A DNA stretch of 64,000 bases, from contig CACFOC010000001.1 in NCBI GenBank assembly GCA_902567945.1, forward strand, positions 20,343 through 84,342, given 5' to 3'. The notes under the pieces were generated by a model. The model worked only from the letters and a program-made list of their open reading frames with translations, made no database searches and was not told the origin of the DNA. Source of the stretch: an uncultured Pelagibacteraceae bacterium (GTDB taxonomy: Bacteria; Pseudomonadota; Alphaproteobacteria; Pelagibacterales; Pelagibacteraceae). Of the stretch, positions 35,287 through 44,392 are shown one piece after another; position 1 is the first letter of the stretch, and each line of letters begins with the position of its first letter. The position numbers and the translations under genes are program-made.

Positions 35287-37632
35287 TTATGATTTTACTT
35301 TCGTTTTTTCTGGATCATAAAAAGGAAATTTAACTACTTTTGCAGTTATTCTTTTTTGATGACCATCAATTTTTCCAACCTCAACTTTTGTTCCTATTTC
35401 TGAATATTTAACATCCATTCTGCAAAGAGCAATATTCTTATTTAGCACAGGGGATATCATTCCGCTTGTTATAACGCCCACAGTAGCTCTTCCTACGTGT
35501 ACTCCATCTCCATTAGCAGCTTGTTCCTTACCTATTAATTCTAAACCAACAAGTTTTTTTTGAGGAGAAGTTTTTCTTTTTACTAAAGCGTCTTTTCCGA
35601 CAAAGTCATCTTCCTTAGTTTTTAGCGCAACAGAAAAACCAATACCTGCTTCAAACGGATCGGTTTGGTCATTAAATTCAAAACCACCAAAAATTAATCC
35701 AGCTTCGATTCTGACCATGTCTAAACCTTCAAGTCCCATCGGAGAAATTCCTAAATCTTTACCGCACTCCCAAACTTTATCCCAAACCTCAGGAGCATCT
35801 TTTGGATGACACCATAATTCAAAACCCAATTCACCAGTATATCCAGTCCTTGAAACCATTAATGGTGTTCCTAAATGATCTCCAATTCTTCCTATTGAAA
35901 ATCTAAACCATTGAAGTTCATTTATCGTTGGTTGAGCAGGCGGAGTCCAAACAAATTTTTCTAGAATTTTTCTACTATTTGGCCCTTGAACAGAAATATT
36001 ATGGATTTGATCTGTTGAAGATTTTACCCATGCTTTGTAATTTTTTTTCTTTGCCAATTCTCTTAGCCACTCACCACCATATTCCTGACCACCAATCCAT
36101 CTAAACATTTCTTTACCAAGGCGAAATACCGTACCATCGTCTACCATACCGCCGTGTTCATAACACATGGCAGCATAACTCACCTGTCCAATTGAAAGTT
36201 TTTTAACATTTCTTGTTAGAGCATATTGCATTAAGCTCTCTGAATCTGGTCCAACTATTTCAAATTTTCTTAAAGGAGATAAGTCAATGGCGACAGCTTT
36301 TTCTCTACACGCAGTATACTCTTTAATAGTTCCATAATTTGTATAATTATTTGCAAGCCAATAACCATTATAGTCAATAAAATTTCTAGTAAGTTTGGAA
36401 GTTTTTTTGTGAAATCCAGTTTCTTTAGTCAATTTTGGCTCCGAATCTGTCTTCATTCTGAATGCTACCGCTTTTGAAAATTCTTTTTTCTTATCATAAA
36501 CTCTAACAAAAATATCAGTTGGATCCCACCCATTACAATCATCAATATCACTTGGACATGCAGTAGTTCCACAAGTTAAGTCTTTTAATGCACGGAATAA
36601 TACATAATCTCCGGGTCTAGCCCAAGATTCCCCCCCAATCACAGCATTTTGTGCATTAGCTATAGTATTAAAAAAAAGATTTATAGCAGGCCAACCCTTT
36701 CTTTTTTCAATCTCATACTTTTCTAAAGCTTTATTTAAATTATCACTACAGTTTGCATGACCGAAATATCCTGCATCCTCATAGTATTTTGATGTACAGG
36801 CTAAATTAAAAGTATCATGTCTTCCAACCGTATCCCTTACCACTTCAATCATTGGATCTTGGTCCATATCAAAAAATTTTGAAAACAAACCAGGCGTAGG
36901 ATAAAGGGCTCCCATAAATGTTCTTGTTGTTAATGGATCTAATCCTCGTTCAATTCCTTTTTCTAATTTTGCTGTATCAAAAGCTAAAAAATCAGAACAC
37001 TGTCTTCCAAAAGGATTTATAATTTGAATATAATCTCCTTTCTTAACTTGGTATTCGGTAGCTGTGCTATGCTCAATAAGTATTTCATTAAGTGGATCTA
37101 CCAAAGGTTCAGGAATATTTGGTTTATCTTTATATTTATTTGGTTTTGAACGTTTAACCATCAAAAGCAAATCCGTAGGTGGGTTTTGCTCATCTATTTT
37201 CATGGCATTACCAGGGGCAGAAAATATACAGGTACATTTGTCTTTAGAAACTAAATTTACTTTTTCTCCTGCTTCAGAATCGTCATTAAATAAAATCGAA
37301 GCTTTTGCTTTTCCAACATCTAAATTTCTTTTCTTCAAAGCGCTTGCCGCTTGAAAAGCACTTTCATTTTTGTCAGATAAAATTTGCTTTATGTTTTTTG
37401 GATCGTTTTTTTCTTTGAGTCCTAATAAACTACAGTCAGGTTTTCCATCTTTGTTAAAAACAATTATTTCACATTTTTGTTTTCCTTCTGTGTCAGTTAT
37501 TTCAATTTTATCATCAGGATCTAAAGTGATTATAGAAAGCCCTCCACCTCTTACTAAATACCTTTCAACTCCTGGTGGTAATGATCTAAGCCCAGGATCC
37601 TTGATATCCATGCTTGTTAAAACTTTGTCCAT
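35287..37632 (-). CDS. tdm: Trimethylamine-N-oxide demethylase
   Basis: 781 aa. A large N-terminal domain precedes a C-terminal GcvT-like THF-binding domain (RTGYTGELGFELWC). It is divergent from tmoX, matching my memory of the described Tdm architecture and context. Confidence 0.75.
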   Translation of the reverse strand: MDKVLTSMDIKDPGLRSLPPGVERYLVRGGGLSIITLDPDDKIEITDTEGKQKCEIIVFNKDGKPDCSLLGLKEKNDPKNIKQILSDKNESAFQAASALKKRNLDVGKAKASILFNDDSEAGEKVNLVSKDKCTCIFSAPGNAMKIDEQNPPTDLLLMVKRSKPNKYKDKPNIPEPLVDPLNEILIEHSTATEYQVKKGDYIQIINPFGRQCSDFLAFDTAKLEKGIERGLDPLTTRTFMGALYPTPGLFSKFFDMDQDPMIEVVRDTVGRHDTFNLACTSKYYEDAGYFGHANCSDNLNKALEKYEIEKRKGWPAINLFFNTIANAQNAVIGGESWARPGDYVLFRALKDLTCGTTACPSDIDDCNGWDPTDIFVRVYDKKKEFSKAVAFRMKTDSEPKLTKETGFHKKTSKLTRNFIDYNGYWLANNYTNYGTIKEYTACREKAVAIDLSPLRKFEIVGPDSESLMQYALTRNVKKLSIGQVSYAAMCYEHGGMVDDGTVFRLGKEMFRWIGGQEYGGEWLRELAKKKNYKAWVKSSTDQIHNISVQGPNSRKILEKFVWTPPAQPTINELQWFRFSIGRIGDHLGTPLMVSRTGYTGELGFELWCHPKDAPEVWDKVWECGKDLGISPMGLEGLDMVRIEAGLIFGGFEFNDQTDPFEAGIGFSVALKTKEDDFVGKDALVKRKTSPQKKLVGLELIGKEQAANGDGVHVGRATVGVITSGMISPVLNKNIALCRMDVKYSEIGTKVEVGKIDGHQKRITAKVVKFPFYDPEKTKVKS

Positions 37633-37742
37633 TAATAAAACACTATATCAGCACCAAAAATTGACGCAATCTACATTGACTCATCATGACCCAAACCATA
37701 CAATTTTGCTTATATAATATTAATATTATTATGGGGGAAAAA

Positions 37743-38681
37743 ATGAGAAAACTAATATCTCTTTTATCTGCAATAGTAATTTCTTTTGTTAGTTTCACAG
37801 GAATTGCTCTTTCAGCGGATAGTAAGAAACCCATTGTAATCCCAACGCACAATTGGTCAAGCCAAGTTGTTATGGCTTACGTGATTGGTGGAATTTTTAA
37901 AGAAATGGGAAACAATGTAGAATATGTCCCAGCTGACTCACAAGCGGTTTACGAATCAATTCGTATTGGCGATGTAACTATATCGCATGAAGTTTGGGAA
38001 TCTGCTTTTGGTAAATCATTTACTACAGCTTTAGATAAAGGTGGTTTACTTGACTGGGGAGATCACGAAGCAAGAACTCTTGAAGATATGGGGTATCCAA
38101 ACTGGGTTGCTAAATTATGCCCAGGTCTTCCAGATTGGAATGCTTTAAAAAACAAAGATTGCGCTAAGAACTTTGTAACACCTGACTCAGGTGGAAAAGG
38201 ACGAATGTTAGAAGGTCCGCAAACTTGGCACGGAGATTTAATTCCTCAAAGAATTGAAGCTTTAGGTTTAGGAGATCTTTGGACAGTTAAATTTGCTGGA
38301 AGCGCAGATGCACTTTGGGCAGAACTTAAAGCAGCTAAAAAAGAAGGAAGAGGAACTATAATATTCAACTGGACACCAAACTTTACAGATGGTGCTGGTT
38401 TTACATTTATAGACTTCCCTCCTTACACTGCTGGATGTAGACCAGAAGATGGTGGAGACGGAAAATGCGGTTCACCAGATGGTTATTTGAAAAAGGCTGT
38501 AAATGCAGACTTTCCAAAAACTCATCCAAAAGCTGCGGCTATGTTCAAGAAGCTTTCATTTTCAACAGGTCAAATTGGTGCAATGGCATCGTTAGTTGAC
38601 CTTGACGGAATGACTCACGAAGATGCAGCTAAAAAATGGCTAAAAGACAACAAAAAAGTTTGGAAAGCTTTTATTAAATAA
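37743..38681 (+). CDS. tmoX: TMAO-binding periplasmic protein of an OpuAC/ProX-type ABC transporter
   Basis: I chose the start at MRKLISLL, with GGGGGA upstream (track start 37686; ATG 37731 is also possible). It has a signal peptide and an NWSSQ motif, and it sits beside tdm. Confidence 0.7.
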   Translation: MRKLISLLSAIVISFVSFTGIALSADSKKPIVIPTHNWSSQVVMAYVIGGIFKEMGNNVEYVPADSQAVYESIRIGDVTISHEVWESAFGKSFTTALDKGGLLDWGDHEARTLEDMGYPNWVAKLCPGLPDWNALKNKDCAKNFVTPDSGGKGRMLEGPQTWHGDLIPQRIEALGLGDLWTVKFAGSADALWAELKAAKKEGRGTIIFNWTPNFTDGAGFTFIDFPPYTAGCRPEDGGDGKCGSPDGYLKKAVNADFPKTHPKAAAMFKKLSFSTGQIGAMASLVDLDGMTHEDAAKKWLKDNKKVWKAFIK

Positions 38682-38706
38682 ATAAGGATTAAAGCTACAA
38701 ATTATA

Positions 38707-38744
38707 ATCTCTCCCGATATTATGTCGGGAGAGATTTTTTTTTT
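38707..38744 (+). terminator. Rho-independent terminator after tmoX
   Basis: An 11-bp stem ATCTCTCCCGA / TCGGGAGAGAT with a 7-nt loop is followed by T9. Confidence 0.8.
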
Positions 38745-38769
38745 ATATAATTTTGTGTAAAATGGACCA

Positions 38770-39144
38770 ATGAAAAAATATATCTTTTATATAATTTTAG
38801 GTTTTTTAATTACGACCTCAACATTAGCTCGAAAGACGGGTTGTGAAGGAAATTGTGTAGATGGTTTTGGTAAATGGACTTATACAGACAAAACAACTTA
38901 TGAAGGGAATTGGGTTGGTACAAAAAAAAATGGTCAAGGAACTGAAATTTGGCCCAATGGATATATTTATAAAGGAGAATTTAAAAATAGTGAGTGGAAC
39001 GGACAAGGAATTCTAACCTTTCCAAATGGTGCAACTTATGAAGGAGAATGGGCCAATGGTTTCATGAATGGAAAAGGAACGTTTACTTGGTCTGATGGAA
39101 CACAAAAAACAGGAATTTGGAAAAACGGTGAATTACAAGAATAA
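38770..39144 (+). CDS. Secreted MORN-repeat protein
   Basis: 124 aa with a signal peptide. It carries tandem YEGxWxxGxxxGxG repeats (YEGNWVGTKKNGQG, YKGEFKNSEWNGQG, YEGEWANGFMNGKG). Confidence 0.75.
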   Translation: MKKYIFYIILGFLITTSTLARKTGCEGNCVDGFGKWTYTDKTTYEGNWVGTKKNGQGTEIWPNGYIYKGEFKNSEWNGQGILTFPNGATYEGEWANGFMNGKGTFTWSDGTQKTGIWKNGELQE

Positions 39145-39152
39145 TTAAAATA

Positions 39153-39704
39153 ATGCTACAAGATAAATATTTAAATAAATTAAGGGAGTTGCCCGAACCA
39201 GTTAGACAATTTGGTGGTCTTGTTACTATAACATTTATCGTAATTTTATCTTTTGCCATTTTAAATATTTTTTGGGGTGGAGGTGATGAATTAGTTAGAA
39301 AAATGAAATTAGAAGAGGAAAGAATTGCACAAGAAAAAAAACTAAGCAAACTGATTTCAAGCCTTCCACCAGGTATTTTAGTACCCTATGAAGGAACTAA
39401 AGGCCATAAATTGTCCGAAGAACAACACGAAGTAGTTTGCAAGGCAACAAAAATTGTATCCCAGCGTTCTGTTATGGGGGCTAATTTAATAAATTTTAAA
39501 GCTAAACACATATATACTATTAACGGTAATGATATTAAAGAAACATTTGTTAAGTGGGACAAAGAGAAAAATAAATGCTTCGCTGGTTATGTTGTAACTG
39601 GAAGCAATGTTGGAGTAAATGAAACTATCACTGTTAGTGGAGAGGTTTTAAGTTTTTTTAATACCGGAATTGATACAAGAGTTTATTTTATTAAAAATTT
39701 TTAA
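39153..39704 (+). CDS. Hypothetical N-terminally membrane-anchored protein
   Basis: 183 aa with one TM segment (LVTITFIVILSFAILNIFW). I recognise no family. Confidence 0.5.
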   Translation: MLQDKYLNKLRELPEPVRQFGGLVTITFIVILSFAILNIFWGGGDELVRKMKLEEERIAQEKKLSKLISSLPPGILVPYEGTKGHKLSEEQHEVVCKATKIVSQRSVMGANLINFKAKHIYTINGNDIKETFVKWDKEKNKCFAGYVVTGSNVGVNETITVSGEVLSFFNTGIDTRVYFIKNF

Positions 39705-39769
39705 GGGGGTAAAACAACAATTATATAGATTTTATTTTTACTAAATTTCATATAATTTGTTAAAAGATT

Positions 39770-40801
39770 ATGGCTGATGCGGTAATTAAATGCGATTCTG
39801 TATATAAAATTTTTGGAGCAAATGCCAAAAAGATGCTTCAAGAAGCAAATGGAAATGTGGATGCAAAAACATTCCAAGAAAACGGATGTATAGTAGGTGT
39901 GAACAATGCTTCTTTTGAGGTTTCAAAAGGAGAAATGTTGGTTGTTATGGGGTTGTCTGGCTCAGGAAAATCTACATTATTAAGGTGTATTTCTAGATTA
40001 ACAGACGCCACAGATGGAAAAATTTATATAGAAGGCCAAGATTTACTTTCATTAAAAAACAAAGAATTAATTGAACTCAGAAGAAATAAAATGGGAATGG
40101 TCTTTCAAAGTTTTGCTTTACTTCCACACAAAACAGTTTTGGAAAATATTGCTTTTCCACTTCAAATTAAAGGAATTAAAACTGAAGATAGTATTAATAA
40201 AGCTCTGGATATGGTTAAACTTGTTGGACTTGAGGGAAGAGAAAATTATTTTCCAAGAGAACTTTCAGGTGGGCAACAGCAACGAGTAGGTATCGCTCGA
40301 TCATTGGCTGTTGAACCAGATATTTGGTTTCTAGATGAACCTTTTTCTGCACTGGATCCATTAATTAGAAAAGAAATGCAAGATGAATTTTTAAGACTTC
40401 AAGAAAAATTAAAAAAAACAATCATGTTTATTACTCATGATTTTGACGAAGCACTAAAACTGGCTGATCGTATCGCAATTATGAAAGATGGAATAATTGA
40501 ACAGTTAGATACCCCAGCCAGAATTGTATTAAATCCAGCAACAGAATATGTAAAAAAATTTACTGAAGAAGTACCTAGGGAAAAAGTTTTAAAAATAGAA
40601 GATGTAATGGAAAAACCAAATAAAGAAAATTTAAGTGATTTAAAAGTTTCAAAAGACGAGATAATTGAAAATGTGGCTGAAAAAATTTTAACTCAAGAAA
40701 AATCAGTAGCTGTCACTGATGAAAGCAATAAGATTGTTGGAACGGTTCGTCCTTCGAAAATAATTCATACTGTTTTTGGAGGAAGAAAAAATAACAGTTA
40801 A
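39770..40801 (+). CDS. tmoW: OpuAA/ProV-type ABC ATPase of the TMAO transporter
   Basis: 343 aa. It has GLSGSGKST, LSGGQQQRVGIARSL and WFLDEPFSALD. Confidence 0.8.
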   Translation: MADAVIKCDSVYKIFGANAKKMLQEANGNVDAKTFQENGCIVGVNNASFEVSKGEMLVVMGLSGSGKSTLLRCISRLTDATDGKIYIEGQDLLSLKNKELIELRRNKMGMVFQSFALLPHKTVLENIAFPLQIKGIKTEDSINKALDMVKLVGLEGRENYFPRELSGGQQQRVGIARSLAVEPDIWFLDEPFSALDPLIRKEMQDEFLRLQEKLKKTIMFITHDFDEALKLADRIAIMKDGIIEQLDTPARIVLNPATEYVKKFTEEVPREKVLKIEDVMEKPNKENLSDLKVSKDEIIENVAEKILTQEKSVAVTDESNKIVGTVRPSKIIHTVFGGRKNNS

Positions 40802-40803
40802 AT

Positions 40804-42957
40804 ATGGAATTATTAAAAAAATATCCAAAATTATTTCAATGGTTCTTTTTGTTAATTGTATTTTTTGCTTTATGCTTTGCAATTGATGTTCCTGAAACCT
40901 ACAAATTTATAAGAGGTCAAGCGGAATTCATTAAAGACCCCAACCAAAGTACCTACACACTATTTGGCAAAGAAGTAAGATATTATGCATTTGATGTCTT
41001 GTGGAGACTACCTCCTTTACTTGGATGGTTACCTATTTGGGTAAATGACTCTTTGTTTTTCTTATTGAATGAATGGATGCCAATGGAGTTTTGGAATGAA
41101 GATCTTCAAGAATACAAAACTCGACCTTTAGTACTACAAATAACAAGAAATATAACTGCACTTATGACATTTCTTATTGAATTGATTAGAGAAATTTTAC
41201 TAGGCGGTGTTAAGACAGTTGTTGCATTTACCAGTTGGGATTGGATAGATAAAAATCCATGGGCAGAACTGCCAGGTTTACCTTGGACAATCGTTGCAGC
41301 GGGTGCGGTAATATTAGGTTACAAACTGAGTGGCAAGGGTCTAGCTATATTTGCTGGTTTAGTCATGGTTTATATTTCCGTATTTGGTCAATGGAAACCT
41401 TCAATGCAAACACTTTCTTTTATATTAGTAGCGGCACCACTTTCTTTCATATTTGGTTTGACTTTAGGTGTTATGGCTTACAAGAGTAAACGTGTTGAGA
41501 AAGCTTTATATCCATTACTCCTAGTGATGCAGACCATGCCACAATATGCCGTTCTAGTTCCTGCAATGGTTCTGTTTGGTATTGGAGATCATGCAGCAGT
41601 TATTATAACAATGGTTGTTGCTATTCCGCCAATGATCTTATTAACTTTGTTAGGGCTTAGAGCAGTATCTCCTGAAGTTATTGAAGCTGGCAAAATGAGT
41701 GGATGTAATAATTGGCAATTAATGACCAAAGTATTAATTCCAACTGCACGAAGAGACATTTTAATTGGAGTGAACCAGGTCATAATGGTGTGTTTCTCCA
41801 TGGCGGTTATTGCAGCTTTTATAGGCGCTAAAGGATTAGGATGGAATTTATTGTTAGCCTTAAATCAATTGAATATTGGATTAGCATTGGAAGCTGGACT
41901 GTGTATTAGCATGATTGCAATCTTGTTAGATAAAATGTCTTTGGCTTGGGCAAATAAACAAGAAGATTATTTTGGTAACCTGACGTTTTTTCAGCGTTAT
42001 AAAAATACATTATTTTTTGCTGGCGCCGTATTGATCGGAATTATACTTTCGTACGTTGGCTCTTTTTATCTTAAAGATGGTTATAATTATTTATACGAGG
42101 TACCTCACAATAAAGGAATATCAACAGCAGCTTTTTGGAACAAAGGTGTTGATTGGATTTGGGATACTTTCTTTCAAACTTTAAAAATATTTAATACTTG
42201 GTTAATAACAGAAGTTCTTCAACCAATGAGAGCCTTGTATCTAAGAATGCCAGCAGTTGCTACTGTGGTATTAGTTGTTGGGGCCGGTTATATAATTGGT
42301 GGAATTCGTTCAGCTTTGGTAACTGCTGGATTAGTATTATTTATAGCGTTAAGTCCATGGTGGGATAGAGCTTTAGTCACAACATACATGGCAACTTTTG
42401 GAGTTATTGCATCTTGTACAATTGGATTAACTGTTGGAACTTTATGTCAACAAAATAAATATACCACAAAATTTATGTTAGCAGTTTGTGATATTTTTCA
42501 AACATTTCCTTCTTTTGTATATTTAATTCCAGTAATGATGCTTTTTGGAGTTACAGATACATCAGTATTAATTGCGGTAATTGTTTACGCAACTATACCT
42601 GCTACAAGGTACACTATTGAGGGATTAAGAAGTGTTCCACCTGCTTTGCATGACGCTGCCTCAATGTCTGGTGTAACGAAATTTCAAAGATTAATAAATA
42701 TAGAATTTCCAATAGCATTTCCTCACATGATGCTTGGTGTAAACCAAACAATAGTATTTGCTCTGTTTATGGTAATAATCGGCGCATTTATTGGAACAGA
42801 AGATTTAGGACAATATATTCTAAAAGCTTTATCTGATAAAGCAGGAGGAGGAAAAGGATTAATACTTGGTATTTGTGTCGCTTTCATAGCTCTGATATTT
42901 GATAATTTAATTAGAACTTGGGTACAAAAAAGAAAAAAACATCTAGGTATAGATTAA
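40804..42957 (+). CDS. tmoV: Fused double permease of the OpuAB/ProW type
   Basis: 717 aa. Two EAA-loop modules are present (EAGKMSGCNNWQLMTKVLIPTA and DAASMSGVTKFQRLINIEFPIA). Confidence 0.75.
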   Translation: MELLKKYPKLFQWFFLLIVFFALCFAIDVPETYKFIRGQAEFIKDPNQSTYTLFGKEVRYYAFDVLWRLPPLLGWLPIWVNDSLFFLLNEWMPMEFWNEDLQEYKTRPLVLQITRNITALMTFLIELIREILLGGVKTVVAFTSWDWIDKNPWAELPGLPWTIVAAGAVILGYKLSGKGLAIFAGLVMVYISVFGQWKPSMQTLSFILVAAPLSFIFGLTLGVMAYKSKRVEKALYPLLLVMQTMPQYAVLVPAMVLFGIGDHAAVIITMVVAIPPMILLTLLGLRAVSPEVIEAGKMSGCNNWQLMTKVLIPTARRDILIGVNQVIMVCFSMAVIAAFIGAKGLGWNLLLALNQLNIGLALEAGLCISMIAILLDKMSLAWANKQEDYFGNLTFFQRYKNTLFFAGAVLIGIILSYVGSFYLKDGYNYLYEVPHNKGISTAAFWNKGVDWIWDTFFQTLKIFNTWLITEVLQPMRALYLRMPAVATVVLVVGAGYIIGGIRSALVTAGLVLFIALSPWWDRALVTTYMATFGVIASCTIGLTVGTLCQQNKYTTKFMLAVCDIFQTFPSFVYLIPVMMLFGVTDTSVLIAVIVYATIPATRYTIEGLRSVPPALHDAASMSGVTKFQRLINIEFPIAFPHMMLGVNQTIVFALFMVIIGAFIGTEDLGQYILKALSDKAGGGKGLILGICVAFIALIFDNLIRTWVQKRKKHLGID

Positions 42958-42973
42958 AATTTAGAAAAATAAT

Positions 42974-44314
42974 CTATTTTTTTGATTGATTTAAAAAAGT
43001 TTTTGAAGAATCGTCCATTGCAGAAGCCCATGGGGTGTGATGAATTGGTGCAATTGATCCAGTCACTGGGGATGAAAAAGATTTATTCCTATAAGTCATA
43101 ATATCTTCTACTTTATGATGTTCCCATTCTTTAAAATGTTTTCTTATTAATTCAAAATCAATTTTTGGATAATCAGATAATCCATGAAGTTCTTTAGTAT
43201 ATTCAGTTTGAAAATCTATCATATGATCAGGATTTTCTAATTTTTCTTCCATAGCAACCCATTTATCTATATCTTTTTTGATTTCTGAACTACTTGGAAT
43301 TTTAATTTTACCCATTATTACATCTCTTGCATACCAAGCCTGACAATCAAACATGTTAAAGGTATGAAATTGGTCCTGCATACCCAAGTAAAACAATTTA
43401 TGATTATTTTCCCAAACTACACCTTTATACAATTTTGGTGGATATAATCTGTTTCTAGTTTTTAGTTTAAGGTCTTCAGTTAAAAAAGGGAAGTGATGAA
43501 GATAACCTGAGCATAAAATTATTGCATCAGCTTCTTGTTTGTGACCATCTTTAAAGATTGCTTTATTTCCTTCTAATCTGTCTAAATAATGGACTTCCTT
43601 CATTCCTTTGGGCCATTTAAAACCCATTGGGTTATTTCTATAACCTATAGTCACACTTTTTGCTCCATATTTATGACATTGAAGAGCAACATCTTCAGCT
43701 GAATAACTACTTCCTAAAACAATAACATTTTTACCTCTGAATTCTTCTGCGTCTCTAAAATCGTGCGAATGTAGTATTCTTCCTGGAAAAGATTTCATTC
43801 CCGGATATTCTGGAATAAATGGAACAGAGAAGTGTCCTGTAGATACTACTATGTAATCAAATGTATCTTTTGAAAATTTATCATTTTTTTTATCATGTGA
43901 AGTTACTTCAAAATTTTTTCCATTATAAATTACAGCCATAACGGTTGTGTTAAATCTTACTTTGTTTTTAAGATTCCCTTTTTTTACTCTACCAATTATA
44001 TAATCATACAAAACTTCTCTTGGTGGAAATGATGGAATTGGTTTTCCGAAATGTTTATCAAACGAATAATCAGCAAATTCTAAACATTCTTTAGGACCAT
44101 TTGACCAAAGATATCTATACATGCTGTTAGGAACAGGGTCTCCATATTGATCAGATCCAGTTCTCCAATTGTAGTTCCACAATCCTCCCCAATTTTCTTG
44201 TTTTTCAAAACAAACTATTTGAGGTATTTTTTCTCCTTTTTTTTCAGCTTGCTCAAAAGATCTTAACATCGAAAGACCACAAGGACCCGTTCCAATAATT
44301 GCTACTTTTGTCAT
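42974..44314 (-). CDS. tmm: Trimethylamine monooxygenase (bacterial flavin-containing monooxygenase)
   Basis: 446 aa. The FAD motif is IIGTGPCGLS, the FMO motif FxGxxxHxxxF appears as FPGRILHSHDF, and the NADPH motif is VLGSSYSAEDV. Confidence 0.85.
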   Translation of the reverse strand: MTKVAIIGTGPCGLSMLRSFEQAEKKGEKIPQIVCFEKQENWGGLWNYNWRTGSDQYGDPVPNSMYRYLWSNGPKECLEFADYSFDKHFGKPIPSFPPREVLYDYIIGRVKKGNLKNKVRFNTTVMAVIYNGKNFEVTSHDKKNDKFSKDTFDYIVVSTGHFSVPFIPEYPGMKSFPGRILHSHDFRDAEEFRGKNVIVLGSSYSAEDVALQCHKYGAKSVTIGYRNNPMGFKWPKGMKEVHYLDRLEGNKAIFKDGHKQEADAIILCSGYLHHFPFLTEDLKLKTRNRLYPPKLYKGVVWENNHKLFYLGMQDQFHTFNMFDCQAWYARDVIMGKIKIPSSSEIKKDIDKWVAMEEKLENPDHMIDFQTEYTKELHGLSDYPKIDFELIRKHFKEWEHHKVEDIMTYRNKSFSSPVTGSIAPIHHTPWASAMDDSSKTFLNQSKK

Positions 44315-44392
44315 TAAATTTTCTCCACCTATAAATAAATTTGTAAATTTATTTTACTAACAAAATAGAAAAAATTGAAGTAGTATTTTATA

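Noticed and set aside
37370-37717. 115-aa and 96-aa plus-strand ORFs (37064-37354, 37370-37717) and the 69-aa minus ORF 37643-37852
   Set aside because: They are antisense to tdm or span the tdm/tmoX promoter. They are Ser/Phe/Leu-rich translations typical of the reverse frame of an AT-rich gene.
37686-37742. Upstream start for tmoX (MTQTIQFCLYNINIIMGEK...)
   Set aside because: The extension precedes a classical signal peptide and contains the GGGGGA SD. Starting at 37743 (or possibly 37731) is more plausible.
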